DNA of 64,000 bases from assembly GCA_965208575.1 (NCBI GenBank), contig CBDBOV010000004.1, positions 512,001 to 576,000 of the forward strand, given 5' to 3'. Made by a program: the position numbers and the translations under genes. The notes beneath the pieces are model-generated. The model made no database searches, was not told the DNA's origin, and was given only the letters and a program-made list of their open reading frames with translations. Shown piece by piece: positions 51,797 to 61,821 of this stretch. Positions within the stretch are counted from its first letter, which is position 1. Every line of letters starts with the position of its first letter. The stretch is from Spirochaetia bacterium (lineage in GTDB: Bacteria; Spirochaetota; Spirochaetia; SZUA-6; Bin103).

Positions 51797-51807
51797 TCGA
51801 ACCTCTT

Positions 51808-52321
51808 GTGCGCCGGCACAAACCGGCAGGGTGTTGTGAATGAAGGAGTCATACGTCGAAGGGCTAGCGACCCACGGCGGCCCCGAGTCATGCGCCGTCG
51901 CTCGTAAGGGCGGGGGTGAAGCGTTGACAGGGGTACGTGCGGGCCGGGTATCGAGCCGCGAAAGGAATTACTTTGGGGTGCCGACGCCGTAGGAGGATGC
52001 GGGACATCCGTGGGTTCTTCGATGCCATCGACCACGGTTGGCTGGTGAAGACCGAGCTTCGGCGGCGCCTGCACGATCCGGTCCCGGAGGTGGGAAGCTG
52101 GCTGCGCTCGGTTGTGGGTGGGCACCTGCGCTACTACGGGGTGCCCAGGAACTCCCGCGCACTCCGCCTGTTCCGCCTCCGGGTTGGTCGGCTCTGGTAT
52201 CGGTCGATGCGGCGGCGCAGTCAGAAAACCCGGCTTACCTGGGAGCGGATGAGCCGTCTGCTCGACCACTGGTTGCCGCCGCCCCGAGTGTGCCATCCCT
52301 ATCCCTTGCACCGCCTTGGCG
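51808..52321 (+). mobile_element. Group II intron remnant (derivative of the 24286 copy with a further deletion)
   Basis: GTGCG start; shares the HGWLV|KTE and 3' junctions with copy 2, plus a ggatgcgg|gacatcc deletion. Confidence 0.85.
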
Positions 52322-52590
52322 GGACGGTTGCGGTCGCCTGGAAGGACGAGGGCGGCCAGCATGCCGGTTCGGCGATGGACCGAGCGGGCGCCACCGATAG
52401 CTACGGCGGTGGTGAAGGCGACGGTGTGCGCGGGGGCGCCTACGGGGCGCTCAGACTGAGCGGTTAATGCTTTTTCTGATAAAGAGTTGCGGGGGGGGGG
52501 TATGATGCACCGGTCGCGTCACAGCGAACCGGTCACTGCGCTGACTGTCATCAAGGCGCTTCATCGGCATCCGTCGACCCCAAGCCAAGT

Positions 52591-52619
52591 ATGATAGCGT
52601 GGGCGCGGCGCACTGTCAA
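52591..52619 (-). promoter_or_regulatory. sigma70-type promoter in repeat unit A, facing cassette 5
   Basis: TTGACA-17-TATCAT. Confidence 0.65.
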
Positions 52620-52886
52620 CGACTCGGAACTCACCAAATCCGGCCGTTCCGGACGCCCGCCAGCGTCGCCGCCACCGGAGGTGGTGACGTTGAGGTGACC
52701 GCCAACGGGCGACTGCGCTGACGGTTATCATGGCGCGTCATCATCGATCCGTCGAACCCCAGGCGAGGCAAGCTTGCTGTGGGCGCGGGCACCCTGTCAT
52801 TTGGGCCGACCCGTGGGACCCGTACGTGCGCGGCGGACCGGCACCGGATCACGGTGTGGGGGATGTGAGCCGCCGGGGGATCAGAA

Positions 52887-53087
52887 CTATGTGGTTGTGA
52901 ATTCGACCGACGCCAACTCGTTCTCCGGGGCACGCTTGGAGACATCCAGAAACTCCACGCCCACGACTTGGTCGTCGTCGTCGTAATCGAGGATGACTCC
53001 CGGCCGGATCTCCTCCGATTCCACGATCCGGCTGTCGTCAAGACGGAAGTAGAGGGCATCAACCCGCTTATCCACTCTTACTCTCAC
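52887..53087 (-). CDS. DUF2283-like small protein (TA-associated)
   Basis: VDALYFRL..ESEEIRPGVILDYD....VVGVEFLD; AGGAGG RBS. Confidence 0.75.
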   Translation of the reverse strand: MRVRVDKRVDALYFRLDDSRIVESEEIRPGVILDYDDDDQVVGVEFLDVSKRAPENELASVEFTTT

Positions 53088-53176
53088 GGCTTACCCTCCT
53101 GTCGAAGAAAGCGGTTACCTTTCTGTTCGCCTGGACGTTCACAACCACTCTCAGCCAGCGCCCGCCAAACGCCGCG

Positions 53177-54595
53177 TCAGCTTGTCCCCCACTCCGCCCA
53201 CTTGTCCGGGTTGGCCCACTGCTGGCCCACCTCGACGAAGCCGCGCGGACCGCGGACGCCGTGTTCGAACGGGTCGCCGGTGGCCTCCATCCAGCGGTGC
53301 AAGCGCTGCTCCATCTCCTGCACGACCGGACGCGCGGCCGCCGAATACGCCAGGTTGTTCATTTCCAGCGGGTCTTCCTGCCGGTCGAACAGCCAGGGGC
53401 TGCGCTCGTTGGCGTACCAGCGGGCGTAGGTGTAGCGCGCGGTGCGCACGGCGCGCCAGCGCCCCACCCAGCCGTAGCGGTTGGGCCAGCCGTTGGCCAT
53501 GTTCATCAGGTACACCGACTCGCTTGCCCCCGGGGCGTGCGGCGGGTCGGCGGGCACCGGCTGCCCGCGCCACACCGGCGACAGGTCGCGGCCCTGCAGG
53601 CCGGCCGGCAATGGCACGCCGCAGGCGCCGAGCAGGCTCGGCACGATGTCTATGGCGCCCATGAAGGCGTCGCTGCGCGTGCCCGCCGGGGTGTTGCCCG
53701 GCCAGCGGATCACGAACGGCACGTGCGCGGAGTCCTCGTACGGGGTGGCCTTGGAGGCGCGCCGGGTGTGGTGCAGCCAGGTCTCGTTGGGCTTGCCGTA
53801 GCCGTGGGCGCGGATGTGGTCGCCGTGGTCCGAGCTGTAGCACACGATGGTGTCGTCGGCGACCTGCAAGCGGTCGAGCGCCGCCAGCAGGCGACCCATC
53901 TCCACGTCGAGCCCGGTGCAGCAGGCGTAGTAGTCGGCCAGCTCGCGGCGGGCGTGGTCGGCCAGGGCGTCGGGTACGTTGGCCGGCAGATCGACCGCCG
54001 CCGGATCGTAGCGCTCGATGGAATCGGGAAACTGCTCGTACGGCCAGTGCGGCGGCCGCCACGACAGGAACAGGGCAAACGGATCGTCGGGCCGCTCCGC
54101 GCGGTGGCGCTCCAGGTAGCGGATCGCCAGGTCGGTCTCGACAGTCGGCCCCCAGCCCGGAAAGGCGGTCGGCCCGTGCTCGTTCTCGTAGTAGGGCTGG
54201 TCGAAGTAGCCGCGGCCGGGGCCGACCGCGGCCAGGTAGTCGATCCCGTACCTGCCCTCCTCGGTATACGGTCCCTTGCCGAGGTGGAAGGTACCGACGT
54301 GGGCGGTCCCGTAGCCGTGCTCGCGCAAGGTTCCCGGCAAGGTCGGGATATCGCGCCGCGGCCGATACTCGTTGTCGATCACGCCATTGCGCCAGCCGAA
54401 CCGACCGGTGAGGAGAATCGCCCGGTACGGCGAGCACAGGGGGTGGTTGGAGAACATGTTGTCGCAGACCATGCCCTCGGCCGCCATCCGGTCGAGCACG
54501 GGGGTGCGTACCACGCGGTTGCCATTGGCGCCGAGGGCGCTGTAGCGCTGCTGGTCCGAGAACACGAACACGATGTTGGGTCGCCTGCTGCTCAT
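53177..54595 (-). CDS. Arylsulfatase-family sulfatase
   Basis: RPNIVFVFSDQQR, CSPYRA (CxPxR), SSDHG, LFD..DP.EMNNLA. Confidence 0.92.
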   Translation of the reverse strand: MSSRRPNIVFVFSDQQRYSALGANGNRVVRTPVLDRMAAEGMVCDNMFSNHPLCSPYRAILLTGRFGWRNGVIDNEYRPRRDIPTLPGTLREHGYGTAHVGTFHLGKGPYTEEGRYGIDYLAAVGPGRGYFDQPYYENEHGPTAFPGWGPTVETDLAIRYLERHRAERPDDPFALFLSWRPPHWPYEQFPDSIERYDPAAVDLPANVPDALADHARRELADYYACCTGLDVEMGRLLAALDRLQVADDTIVCYSSDHGDHIRAHGYGKPNETWLHHTRRASKATPYEDSAHVPFVIRWPGNTPAGTRSDAFMGAIDIVPSLLGACGVPLPAGLQGRDLSPVWRGQPVPADPPHAPGASESVYLMNMANGWPNRYGWVGRWRAVRTARYTYARWYANERSPWLFDRQEDPLEMNNLAYSAAARPVVQEMEQRLHRWMEATGDPFEHGVRGPRGFVEVGQQWANPDKWAEWGTS

Positions 54596-54821
54596 GCCCG
54601 CAGCCTACCCGCAACAGCACCGGCGATGATACCGGGCCACCGATCGCGCGGGAGTCGTACCCCGGCGTCGAGCAGCACCCTCACTCGATGATCGTCAGGG
54701 CCCTCAGTTTGTCAATGCCGTCGGTTGAGATCTCAAGGTACGACTCGACCTGCCACCTCTCGACGGTGGGAAAGTCCCGCAGGAATTCGTCAATGGAGTG
54801 ATCGCTCCTGAGAAACAACAA

Positions 54822-56210
54822 TCAGGCGGCCTCCGGGACAAGCTCATAACCGAGTGCGTGTGCCTGCCTTCGGAGCCGGCGTTCAAAGCGGCGCCGGTCC
54901 TGGCGCTCCTCGGCGGCGAGGATGCTGTCATCGTAGGCCACGCGATGCGTGATCAGATGGTAGATGATCCGAGCCAGTTTATGCGCGACTGCAGTGGTCG
55001 CTTCGGGAGTACCCAGACGCGCCCGCATGCGGCGGAAGTGCTGGCCCAGGGCCGATGGGCTGCGGTACAACGACTGGGTCGCCCAGTGCAGCGCCTGGGC
55101 GGCCCGATTGGTGCCCCGACCGGTGTGCGAGCTGATGATCTTGCCGCCGGTGATCTGGTTGTGGGGGCACAGGTGCAGCCAGGAGGCGAATTGCGGTGCG
55201 GTCGGAAAGCGGGACAGTTCCGGGCCGAGTTCGGTGAACAGAACCAGCGCCGTACTTTCGCCGATGCCGGGAATCAGCGTCAGGTCAGTGCCGAACAGGT
55301 GCGTAAGGTGGCCGCGCAGGTCGAACCGCTTGGCCGGTGACTCGGTTGGCGCCTCGGGCTCCGCATCGATTCCCTCATCCGGTGGGTCGTCGCCCACCGC
55401 GCCGGGTGGCTCGCTGCTGGCTTCGAACGCGCGGATGCCGGCTTCGATTTCCTGATCGCACTCCGTGATGAGTTGTTGGTAGTGGGCATAGGTCGCTCGC
55501 GCGTGCCGCAACGCCAACAGGTGCTCGGCGCGCCAGTCGCCCTGCAGCGCCTTGATCAAGGTCTCGCGGCTGGCTTTGATCCGCCGGTCGGCCAGAGCGG
55601 CCAACCGCGCCGGATCCCGCTCACCCGCCAGGATAGCGTCCGTAATGGCCAGACCGGTCGTCCCCGTCAGGTCAGAGATGGCATGGTGCAGATGCACGTT
55701 CATCTGGCTGTACGCCTTCTGCATGTGCAACACGCTGCGCGACGCCATCTTGATCAAGGTGTCGCGATGGCGCAGCACCGAGCGCAGTGCACACACCTCG
55801 TCGGCAGGGCGGAATGAGCCGCGCAGCAATCCCACCGAGTGCAGGTAGCGCAACCACTCGCAGTCGGCCACGTCGGACTTCCGACCGGGTACCGAGTGCA
55901 CGTGACGCGCATTCACCAGCACCACGTCGAAGCCGTGTGCCTCCAGGATCTGATACACCGGAATCCAGTACACACCGGTGGACTCCATCGCCACCGTGGT
56001 GACCTCGCATTCCTTGAGCCAGTCGGCCAAGGCGTGCAGGTCCGCGGTGAACGTAGCAAAGTTCCGGATCGGGTCCGGGTCGCGCTCCGGGCGCACAGCC
56101 GCGTACACCTCGGTAGCGCCTATGTCCAAGCCGGCAGCGTCCGGGTGCATCACCTTTGGTTGCGCTGTGCGACTGCCCTTGCCCTTGCGTCTGTGTCTGC
56201 GTCGTGCCAT
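54822..56210 (-). CDS. IS110 transposase/recombinase
   Basis: GLDIG, AMESTGVYW, RKSDVADCEWL (DEDD), IPGIG, ITGG, AVAHKLAR; GGAGG RBS before ATG 56210. Confidence 0.92.
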   Translation of the reverse strand: MARRRHRRKGKGSRTAQPKVMHPDAAGLDIGATEVYAAVRPERDPDPIRNFATFTADLHALADWLKECEVTTVAMESTGVYWIPVYQILEAHGFDVVLVNARHVHSVPGRKSDVADCEWLRYLHSVGLLRGSFRPADEVCALRSVLRHRDTLIKMASRSVLHMQKAYSQMNVHLHHAISDLTGTTGLAITDAILAGERDPARLAALADRRIKASRETLIKALQGDWRAEHLLALRHARATYAHYQQLITECDQEIEAGIRAFEASSEPPGAVGDDPPDEGIDAEPEAPTESPAKRFDLRGHLTHLFGTDLTLIPGIGESTALVLFTELGPELSRFPTAPQFASWLHLCPHNQITGGKIISSHTGRGTNRAAQALHWATQSLYRSPSALGQHFRRMRARLGTPEATTAVAHKLARIIYHLITHRVAYDDSILAAEERQDRRRFERRLRRQAHALGYELVPEAA

Positions 56211-56214
56211 GAAA

Positions 56215-56415
56215 CCTCCGCTACGACTGAGTGGTGCGGCCAAGGCGTGTGTAGCAGGTATTCTCCTGAACGGGATGATCGCCACCCGGCCGCGCCGGCT
56301 GACAACCTCACCAATGACTACGCCACCCGCCCCGGGGCCAAGCTCTTGAACGGGTTCGCAGAACGTAACGCCAGTGACGCGCCGGCCTACTTTCGCGCTC
56401 CACCCAGAACTCTGC
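56215..56415 (-). ncRNA. Putative IS110 bridge RNA
   Basis: Two homologous motifs, cccgtTCAAGAGC and cccgtTCAGGAG, match the target and donor junctions; TATAGT at 56420-56425. Confidence 0.6.
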
Positions 56416-56729
56416 CCACACTATAGCTCACCCTTGTTTCTTTCATGACTGCGCCGGCCCAGGGGCCGGTGGGATAGCTCTTGAGATAGTCGACAAGCGT
56501 TTCGACAGGCACGCGAGTCGCCGCGAACACCAAATCCCCACTGTGAATTTCGGGGTTACGAGAAACCACTCTGCCAAGTTCTACAGAACCATCGCCCGCT
56601 TCACTCATGGAATGCCCTCGACCGGATCGTAGTCCGGATGCACAGCATCGTTCAAGCTGGGCATTGGCGCGCCGCATCGGTGCGGTCATACTTCGCCGAT
56701 CCCGGCGCACCCAACCTTGGAGGAGTTAC

Positions 56730-58676
56730 ATGACCACTACGACCGGTATACGAATGAGGCGCGTTGATGCTGGCTCGTTCCTGATGGGGAACGACCGCCC
56801 ACTGCCCGACGCACTGCTGTCTCCCTCCTGCTTCCGCCACGGCGATTTCGACGAGGTGCCCGTGCACCGCGTTACCATCACCAGGCCGTTCCACTTGGCG
56901 GAGTGCCAAGTAACCAACGCCCAGTACGAGTTGTTCGACCCGGCGCACCGGGAACTGCGCGGCAAGCTGGGGTTCTCCGGGGATGACGACGAAGCCGTGG
57001 TGTTCGTGAGCTGGCATGACGCCGCCGCCTACTGCCGCTGGCTGTCCGAGCGCGAGGGAGCCGAGTTCCGCCTGCCCACCGAGGCGGAGTGGGAATACGC
57101 GTGCCGGGCCGGCTCCTCGACACCGTTCTGGAGCGGAGATGCGCCGCCGCCGGGGGTGGCTAAGAACCAGCGCCGTACCTGGTTTCCCGACCCGTCGCGC
57201 AGCACCGGCGACAACGTCGCCCCGCTGCACGTCGGTCGTACGCCCGCCAACCCGTGGGGCCTGTTCGACATGCACGGCAACGTCGAAGAGTGGTGCCTGG
57301 ACTGGTACGGCCCCTACCTCGAGCGCGACGCGAGCGACCCCGTCGGCGTCCCCGAAGGCGATTTCCGAGTCACCCGCGGCGGCAGCCACTCGACCGAAAC
57401 CTACTACCTCAGGTCGGCCAACCGGGCGGCAGCCCTGCCGCAGGAACGCAACTGGCTGATCGGGTTCCGTGTCGTGTGCGCCGACTGCCCGACGCCGCCG
57501 GGACCGGCCCGCAAGGCGCCGGTGAAACTGCACGGCAGCAATGTGCTGCAGACTACCGCCGCGGAGAAGTCAGCTTCGGACGATGATCCTTTCTTCCGCG
57601 GGCCGGTCCGCTACGTCCACATTCCTCCCCGTTCTTACGGACCCCTGTTCAGCACGCACAATCACGACCCGGCGATCTGCCAGTGCCCCAACGGCGACCT
57701 GCTGGCCATCTGGTACAGTTGCGTCGAGGAACCGGGCCGGGAACTGGGCATACTGGCCAGCCGTCTGCGTGCCGGAGCCGATTCCTGGGAGCCGGCGTCG
57801 GTGTTCTGGGACGCCCCCGACCGCAACGACCACGCGCCCGCCCTGCTGTGCGACGGCGGGCGGGTGTACCACTTCAACGGCATGTCGGCGGCTGCCACCT
57901 GGGGACCGCTGAGGACGGTCCTGCGCACTTCCAACGACAGCGGCGCCACCTGGAGCCGGGCCAGGTTCATCAGCGGCGAGCACGGCCCGCGCCAGATGCC
58001 GATCGCATCGGCGTTCACGCTGCGCGACGGAACCCTGGTGCTGCCGTGCGACGCGGTCAGCATCGGCCACGGCGGCACCGCCCTGTGGATGAGCGCCGAC
58101 GGCGGCGAGACGTGGCGCGACGCCGGCGGCACCATCGCCGGAATCCACGCATCGGCGGTGGAACTCGGCGACGGACGGCTGCTGGCCTTCGGGCGCGGCG
58201 ACGAGGTGGACGGCACCCTGACAATGAGCGTATCCGCCGACCGCGGCACGACCTGGCAGTACTCGGCCAGTCCGTTTCCCCCCATCGGCGGCTCGCAGCG
58301 CCTGGTACTGCAACGGGTTCGCGGTACCTGCAGCGCGGGCGCCGATCCGATTCTGCTCATCTCCTTCGCCAACGCGCCCGCCGAAGCCGACGACGCCTTC
58401 ACCATCGAGGACGCCGGCGGCCGCCGGGGAGTCTCCGGCATGTTCTGCGCCCTGTCCTTCGACGACAGCGAGACCTGGCCGTTCCGCCGCCTGGTCAGCG
58501 ACGGCGGACCGGCCCGCGTCATCGAAGCGATGGATGGATTCCCGTGCCTCATGGGAACCCGGCACGCCGAGGCGAACGGCTACCTCACCGCCTGCCAGTC
58601 CGCGGACGGCCGCGTCCACCTGATCAGCAGCAGCAACCACTACTCGTTCAACCTGGCCTGGCTCGTGGATCGCTGA
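56730..58676 (+). CDS. FGE-sulfatase (SUMF1) domain plus BNR/sialidase-like domain protein
   Basis: FRLPTEAEWEYACRAG, NPWGLFDMHGNVEEW, GFRVV; Asp-boxes SNDSGATW, SADGGETW, SADRGTTW, SFDDSETW. Confidence 0.85.
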   Translation: MTTTTGIRMRRVDAGSFLMGNDRPLPDALLSPSCFRHGDFDEVPVHRVTITRPFHLAECQVTNAQYELFDPAHRELRGKLGFSGDDDEAVVFVSWHDAAAYCRWLSEREGAEFRLPTEAEWEYACRAGSSTPFWSGDAPPPGVAKNQRRTWFPDPSRSTGDNVAPLHVGRTPANPWGLFDMHGNVEEWCLDWYGPYLERDASDPVGVPEGDFRVTRGGSHSTETYYLRSANRAAALPQERNWLIGFRVVCADCPTPPGPARKAPVKLHGSNVLQTTAAEKSASDDDPFFRGPVRYVHIPPRSYGPLFSTHNHDPAICQCPNGDLLAIWYSCVEEPGRELGILASRLRAGADSWEPASVFWDAPDRNDHAPALLCDGGRVYHFNGMSAAATWGPLRTVLRTSNDSGATWSRARFISGEHGPRQMPIASAFTLRDGTLVLPCDAVSIGHGGTALWMSADGGETWRDAGGTIAGIHASAVELGDGRLLAFGRGDEVDGTLTMSVSADRGTTWQYSASPFPPIGGSQRLVLQRVRGTCSAGADPILLISFANAPAEADDAFTIEDAGGRRGVSGMFCALSFDDSETWPFRRLVSDGGPARVIEAMDGFPCLMGTRHAEANGYLTACQSADGRVHLISSSNHYSFNLAWLVDR

Positions 58677-58898
58677 GAGGATTGCCGGGGGCTGGCTTAA
58701 TCAGGCGGCGCAGTACTTGCGGCTCAATGGGGCTGCGATACCAGCACGCGCAGCGTGTGGGTAACCTGGTTCAACGGTTGGCGGACGGTGGACATGGTTC
58801 CAACCACCAACTCTGCCGGAACCCACTGGAGCAGCGCACGGTCGGCCGAGCCACTGACGCTCAGCAAAGTGCCGAACGGTGGGTGGCCGTCCTGTCGG

Positions 58899-59213
58899 TC
58901 AGCCGAGATCAAGCGCGAAGCGCACGGCGGTCGCGACCTGCTCCATCAGACGCGGGGAGAGCGTCGTGATCAGGGCACCGAGTTTGCCCCGTTGCACCGT
59001 CTGGACGTGGTCGCAGTTCACGGCGCACTCTCGCGGCATGCCGTCCTCCAGGGAGAGGAGCACCTCGCTCGGGATGTCGCGAATTCGCGTCGTGACGGGT
59101 GCTACCGTCACCTCCCCCAAGTACGGAATGATCGAGTCACGCGTCAGGACCAGAACGGGTCTCCGCTTGTCCGGTGACGCGAATCGATACCAGCGGATCT
59201 CGGCGCGTTTCAC
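58899..59213 (-). CDS. MazF/PemK toxin
   Basis: KRAEIRW..PDKRRPVLVLTR..VTVAPVTT..AVNCD. Confidence 0.85.
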   Translation of the reverse strand: MKRAEIRWYRFASPDKRRPVLVLTRDSIIPYLGEVTVAPVTTRIRDIPSEVLLSLEDGMPRECAVNCDHVQTVQRGKLGALITTLSPRLMEQVATAVRFALDLG

Positions 59214-59235
59214 CGGCGATGTCCCACGCCCCCGG

Positions 59236-59487
59236 TCAAGCGCCGTCGTCCCAGGCCTCGCCACCCCACGCCCGGTCTCCCTCGGGAACGTCGAACTCCG
59301 CGCGTGACGGCGGGTGCTTCCGGTAGCCGGCGACGTGGCGCGCCTCAAGTTCGGCTTCCTCGTGCCGCTGCAGTGCGGCACGGAGCGCGTCGCGAGTGAA
59401 GGAGGACCTGGTGATACTGAGCTTCCTGGCGACCTGGTCGACCTTGGCAAGCAACTCGGGATCCATCGTCATCTGTACGGTCGGCAT
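59236..59487 (-). CDS. RHH/CopG antitoxin
   Basis: MPTVQMTMDPELLAKVDQVARKLSITRSSFTRDALR..AGY. Confidence 0.8.
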   Translation of the reverse strand: MPTVQMTMDPELLAKVDQVARKLSITRSSFTRDALRAALQRHEEAELEARHVAGYRKHPPSRAEFDVPEGDRAWGGEAWDDGA

Positions 59488-59665
59488 AGCTACAATTTTA
59501 GCTACGAACATGTCTGTGCCACAAGGCACACTCGTGGGCTTCATCCACTCCGACCGGCACCTGTTCGGTGTTGCCGAGGGCGGTGTCTACCTCCTTGGCA
59601 CCGATCGGCTGGGCTCCATCAAGGGATGATACTACTGACGGCGAGGTGAGGCTTCCGCGCCCGGC

Positions 59666-60631
59666 TCAGGCGCATCCGGGCGCGTCGGAGGTCCAGCGTT
59701 CGTAGATGGGATCGGGCTGCCCGGCCAAGGTGGCGCGGGTTTGGTGCCAGAGAGCGGCCCACTCTTCGGGGTCGCGGATCTCGGTTTCCGGGCGCGCCCG
59801 GCTGCGTGCGATGAAGCCCGGCTGCACCTCGCGGCCGCTCGGCTGGTCGGCCGGGTTGTAGCGCAGATCGAAACTCCAGCGAACGGTGCCGCTGTGGTTG
59901 GGAAGCGGGCCGTGATGCATCAGGCGGTGCATCAGCAGCACCCCTCCCCGCGGCATCGGCACCGGCACGGCCTCCGCGCCGCGGGTGAGTTGCGACGGGA
60001 TCGTCACGCCGGGACTGCAGTGCAGCATGAGCCCGTCTCGATGGCTGAACGGAACCACCGCGAGGCAGCCGTTTTCCACGCCCGCGTCGGCGAGGGGAAG
60101 CCACACGGTGACCATCTCGGTAGCGTCGGCCTCGGGCATCATGAACGCGTTGTCCTGGTGAAACCAGTCCGGGGCGACCGCGGCGCTGTCCGCCGCCGGC
60201 GCGCCGGACGCGCCGCCGACCGGCTGCTTGAGCCGGACGTGTTGAATCGGGTTGGCGAAGATCTCGGGGCCGATGAGCGACTCGACGATGTCGAGCAGCG
60301 TTTCGTTGCGAAGCAGGCCGAAGACCGCCGGACCGACGGAAATCGGGGTCTGTTCCGCGACACTCCGCTTGGGCAGTGCGATATCGAAATGCTGGTGGTA
60401 GCTTTCGCCGGTTTCGAACTGGATCCTGGTGAGCCGTTCGGCAAACGGCAGTTCCGACCAGGTGGACGAGATCTTGCCGGCGGCGAACAGGTCTGTTGCC
60501 ACCTGCTCCAGGATGACCGTGTACTCTTCGACCACTGGATCTAGGTCCGCTCTGGGGTCAAGCACTTCTTCGAGCACCAAGTACCCTTCGTCGGTGAACT
60601 GAGCGATCTGACTCTCCGTGAGACCTGGCAT
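59666..60631 (-). CDS. Phytanoyl-CoA dioxygenase (PhyH) family Fe/2OG enzyme
   Basis: FTDEGYLVL, WFHQD, VTVWLPL.DA..ENGCL.VVP.SH, HH...N, RWSFDLRY. Confidence 0.88.
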   Translation of the reverse strand: MPGLTESQIAQFTDEGYLVLEEVLDPRADLDPVVEEYTVILEQVATDLFAAGKISSTWSELPFAERLTRIQFETGESYHQHFDIALPKRSVAEQTPISVGPAVFGLLRNETLLDIVESLIGPEIFANPIQHVRLKQPVGGASGAPAADSAAVAPDWFHQDNAFMMPEADATEMVTVWLPLADAGVENGCLAVVPFSHRDGLMLHCSPGVTIPSQLTRGAEAVPVPMPRGGVLLMHRLMHHGPLPNHSGTVRWSFDLRYNPADQPSGREVQPGFIARSRARPETEIRDPEEWAALWHQTRATLAGQPDPIYERWTSDAPGCA

Positions 60632-60768
60632 GGGGCTGCTCCTTACCGTAGCGGCAGCACAGCACTTCCACCTGCCAGAGTCAACCCCTTGCCGTCGAGA
60701 CGTCGAGACCGTCGAGGACTCTCGACCTGCTCGAACGCTGCAGGTAGTGTACCGGCGGACACTACCTG

Positions 60769-61821
60769 ATGAAGAAGAACGTAGCGCTGCTCGGCGCGAG
60801 CCACATTCACACCCGCGGGTTCGCCGACGTGCTGGCCGGCCACACCGACGTGTCGGTGGCGGCAGTCTGGGATCCCGATCCGGCCATCGCCGGCAAGTAC
60901 GCGGCGAAGTTTCAATGCCGTACGGCGCCCGATGCGGCATCGGTGCTCGGCATGCCGGATCTGGACGCCGTGATCGTGCTGTCGCAGACCAATCGCCACG
61001 AGGAACTGGTGGGGCAGGTTGCCCGTGCCGGCAAGCACTGCTTCGTCGAGAAGCCGCTGGGCATGGGACTGGCCGACGCCAGGAACATGATGCGGGCGCT
61101 GGAAGGCGCCGGGATGATTTTCCACATGGGGTACTTCAACCGCACCATCCCGGCGCACCGGTTGCTGCGGCGCCTGATCGCCGAGCAGGCGTTCGGCGAG
61201 GTCAGCCGCATGCGGCTGGTGTTCGGCACGCCGGCGGCGATCAACGGCGCATTCCGCTCCGACTGGGAGTGGATGGCCGACCCGAAGCAGGCAGGCGTCG
61301 GCGCATTCGGCGACCTCGGTACTCACAAGCTGGACCTGCTGCTGTACCTGATCGGCGACACCGCCCGCCTGGAGGCGGTCACCGCCAGCTTCTCGCGGCC
61401 CCTCGGGCGCTACGCGGAGGGCGAAGAGTGCGGCGAGGCGATCCTGCGCTTCGACAACGGCACCATCGCCACCCTGGCGGCGAGCTGGGTGGACCTGGTG
61501 GAGCCGTCATCGCTGCTGATCACCGGGACCAAGGGCCACGCGGTGATCCGCAACGCGCCCGGCATGCCGCACAACGACTGGAACAACGAGCTGTTCCTGC
61601 TCACCGACGCCGTCGACGGCGCCACCGGCAAGGACCCGTGGACCGAGCTGCCGGAGGCACTGCCGCGGCCGCTCGAGCAGTTCATCGCCGCCGTCGTACA
61701 CGGCGAACGCGACCACCTGGTGAGCGTGCGCGAGGCGGCGTACAGCAGCTACGTCATGGAGATGATATCGAGAGCGGCCGCCGAACGGCGCTGGCTGCCG
61801 ATCGACCCCGCAGCCCTGTAA
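60769..61821 (+). CDS. Gfo/Idh/MocA oxidoreductase
   Basis: AGKHCFVEKP, GAFGDLGTHKLD. Confidence 0.9.
   Translation: MKKNVALLGASHIHTRGFADVLAGHTDVSVAAVWDPDPAIAGKYAAKFQCRTAPDAASVLGMPDLDAVIVLSQTNRHEELVGQVARAGKHCFVEKPLGMGLADARNMMRALEGAGMIFHMGYFNRTIPAHRLLRRLIAEQAFGEVSRMRLVFGTPAAINGAFRSDWEWMADPKQAGVGAFGDLGTHKLDLLLYLIGDTARLEAVTASFSRPLGRYAEGEECGEAILRFDNGTIATLAASWVDLVEPSSLLITGTKGHAVIRNAPGMPHNDWNNELFLLTDAVDGATGKDPWTELPEALPRPLEQFIAAVVHGERDHLVSVREAAYSSYVMEMISRAAAERRWLPIDPAAL

Larger units (their letters stand above)
54804..56476 (-). mobile_element. IS110-family element
   Basis: Ends defined by the DUF433 interruption; GAGC at both junctions; ~265-nt upstream non-coding end. Confidence 0.85.
54681..56608 (-). 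pseudogene. DUF433 gene split by IS110
   Basis: N-half ..TRVPVETLVDYLKS (56608-56477) joins in frame to DHSIDEFLRDFPTV..* (54803-54681). Followed by the start of a DUF5615-like VRVLLD remnant. Confidence 0.8.
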
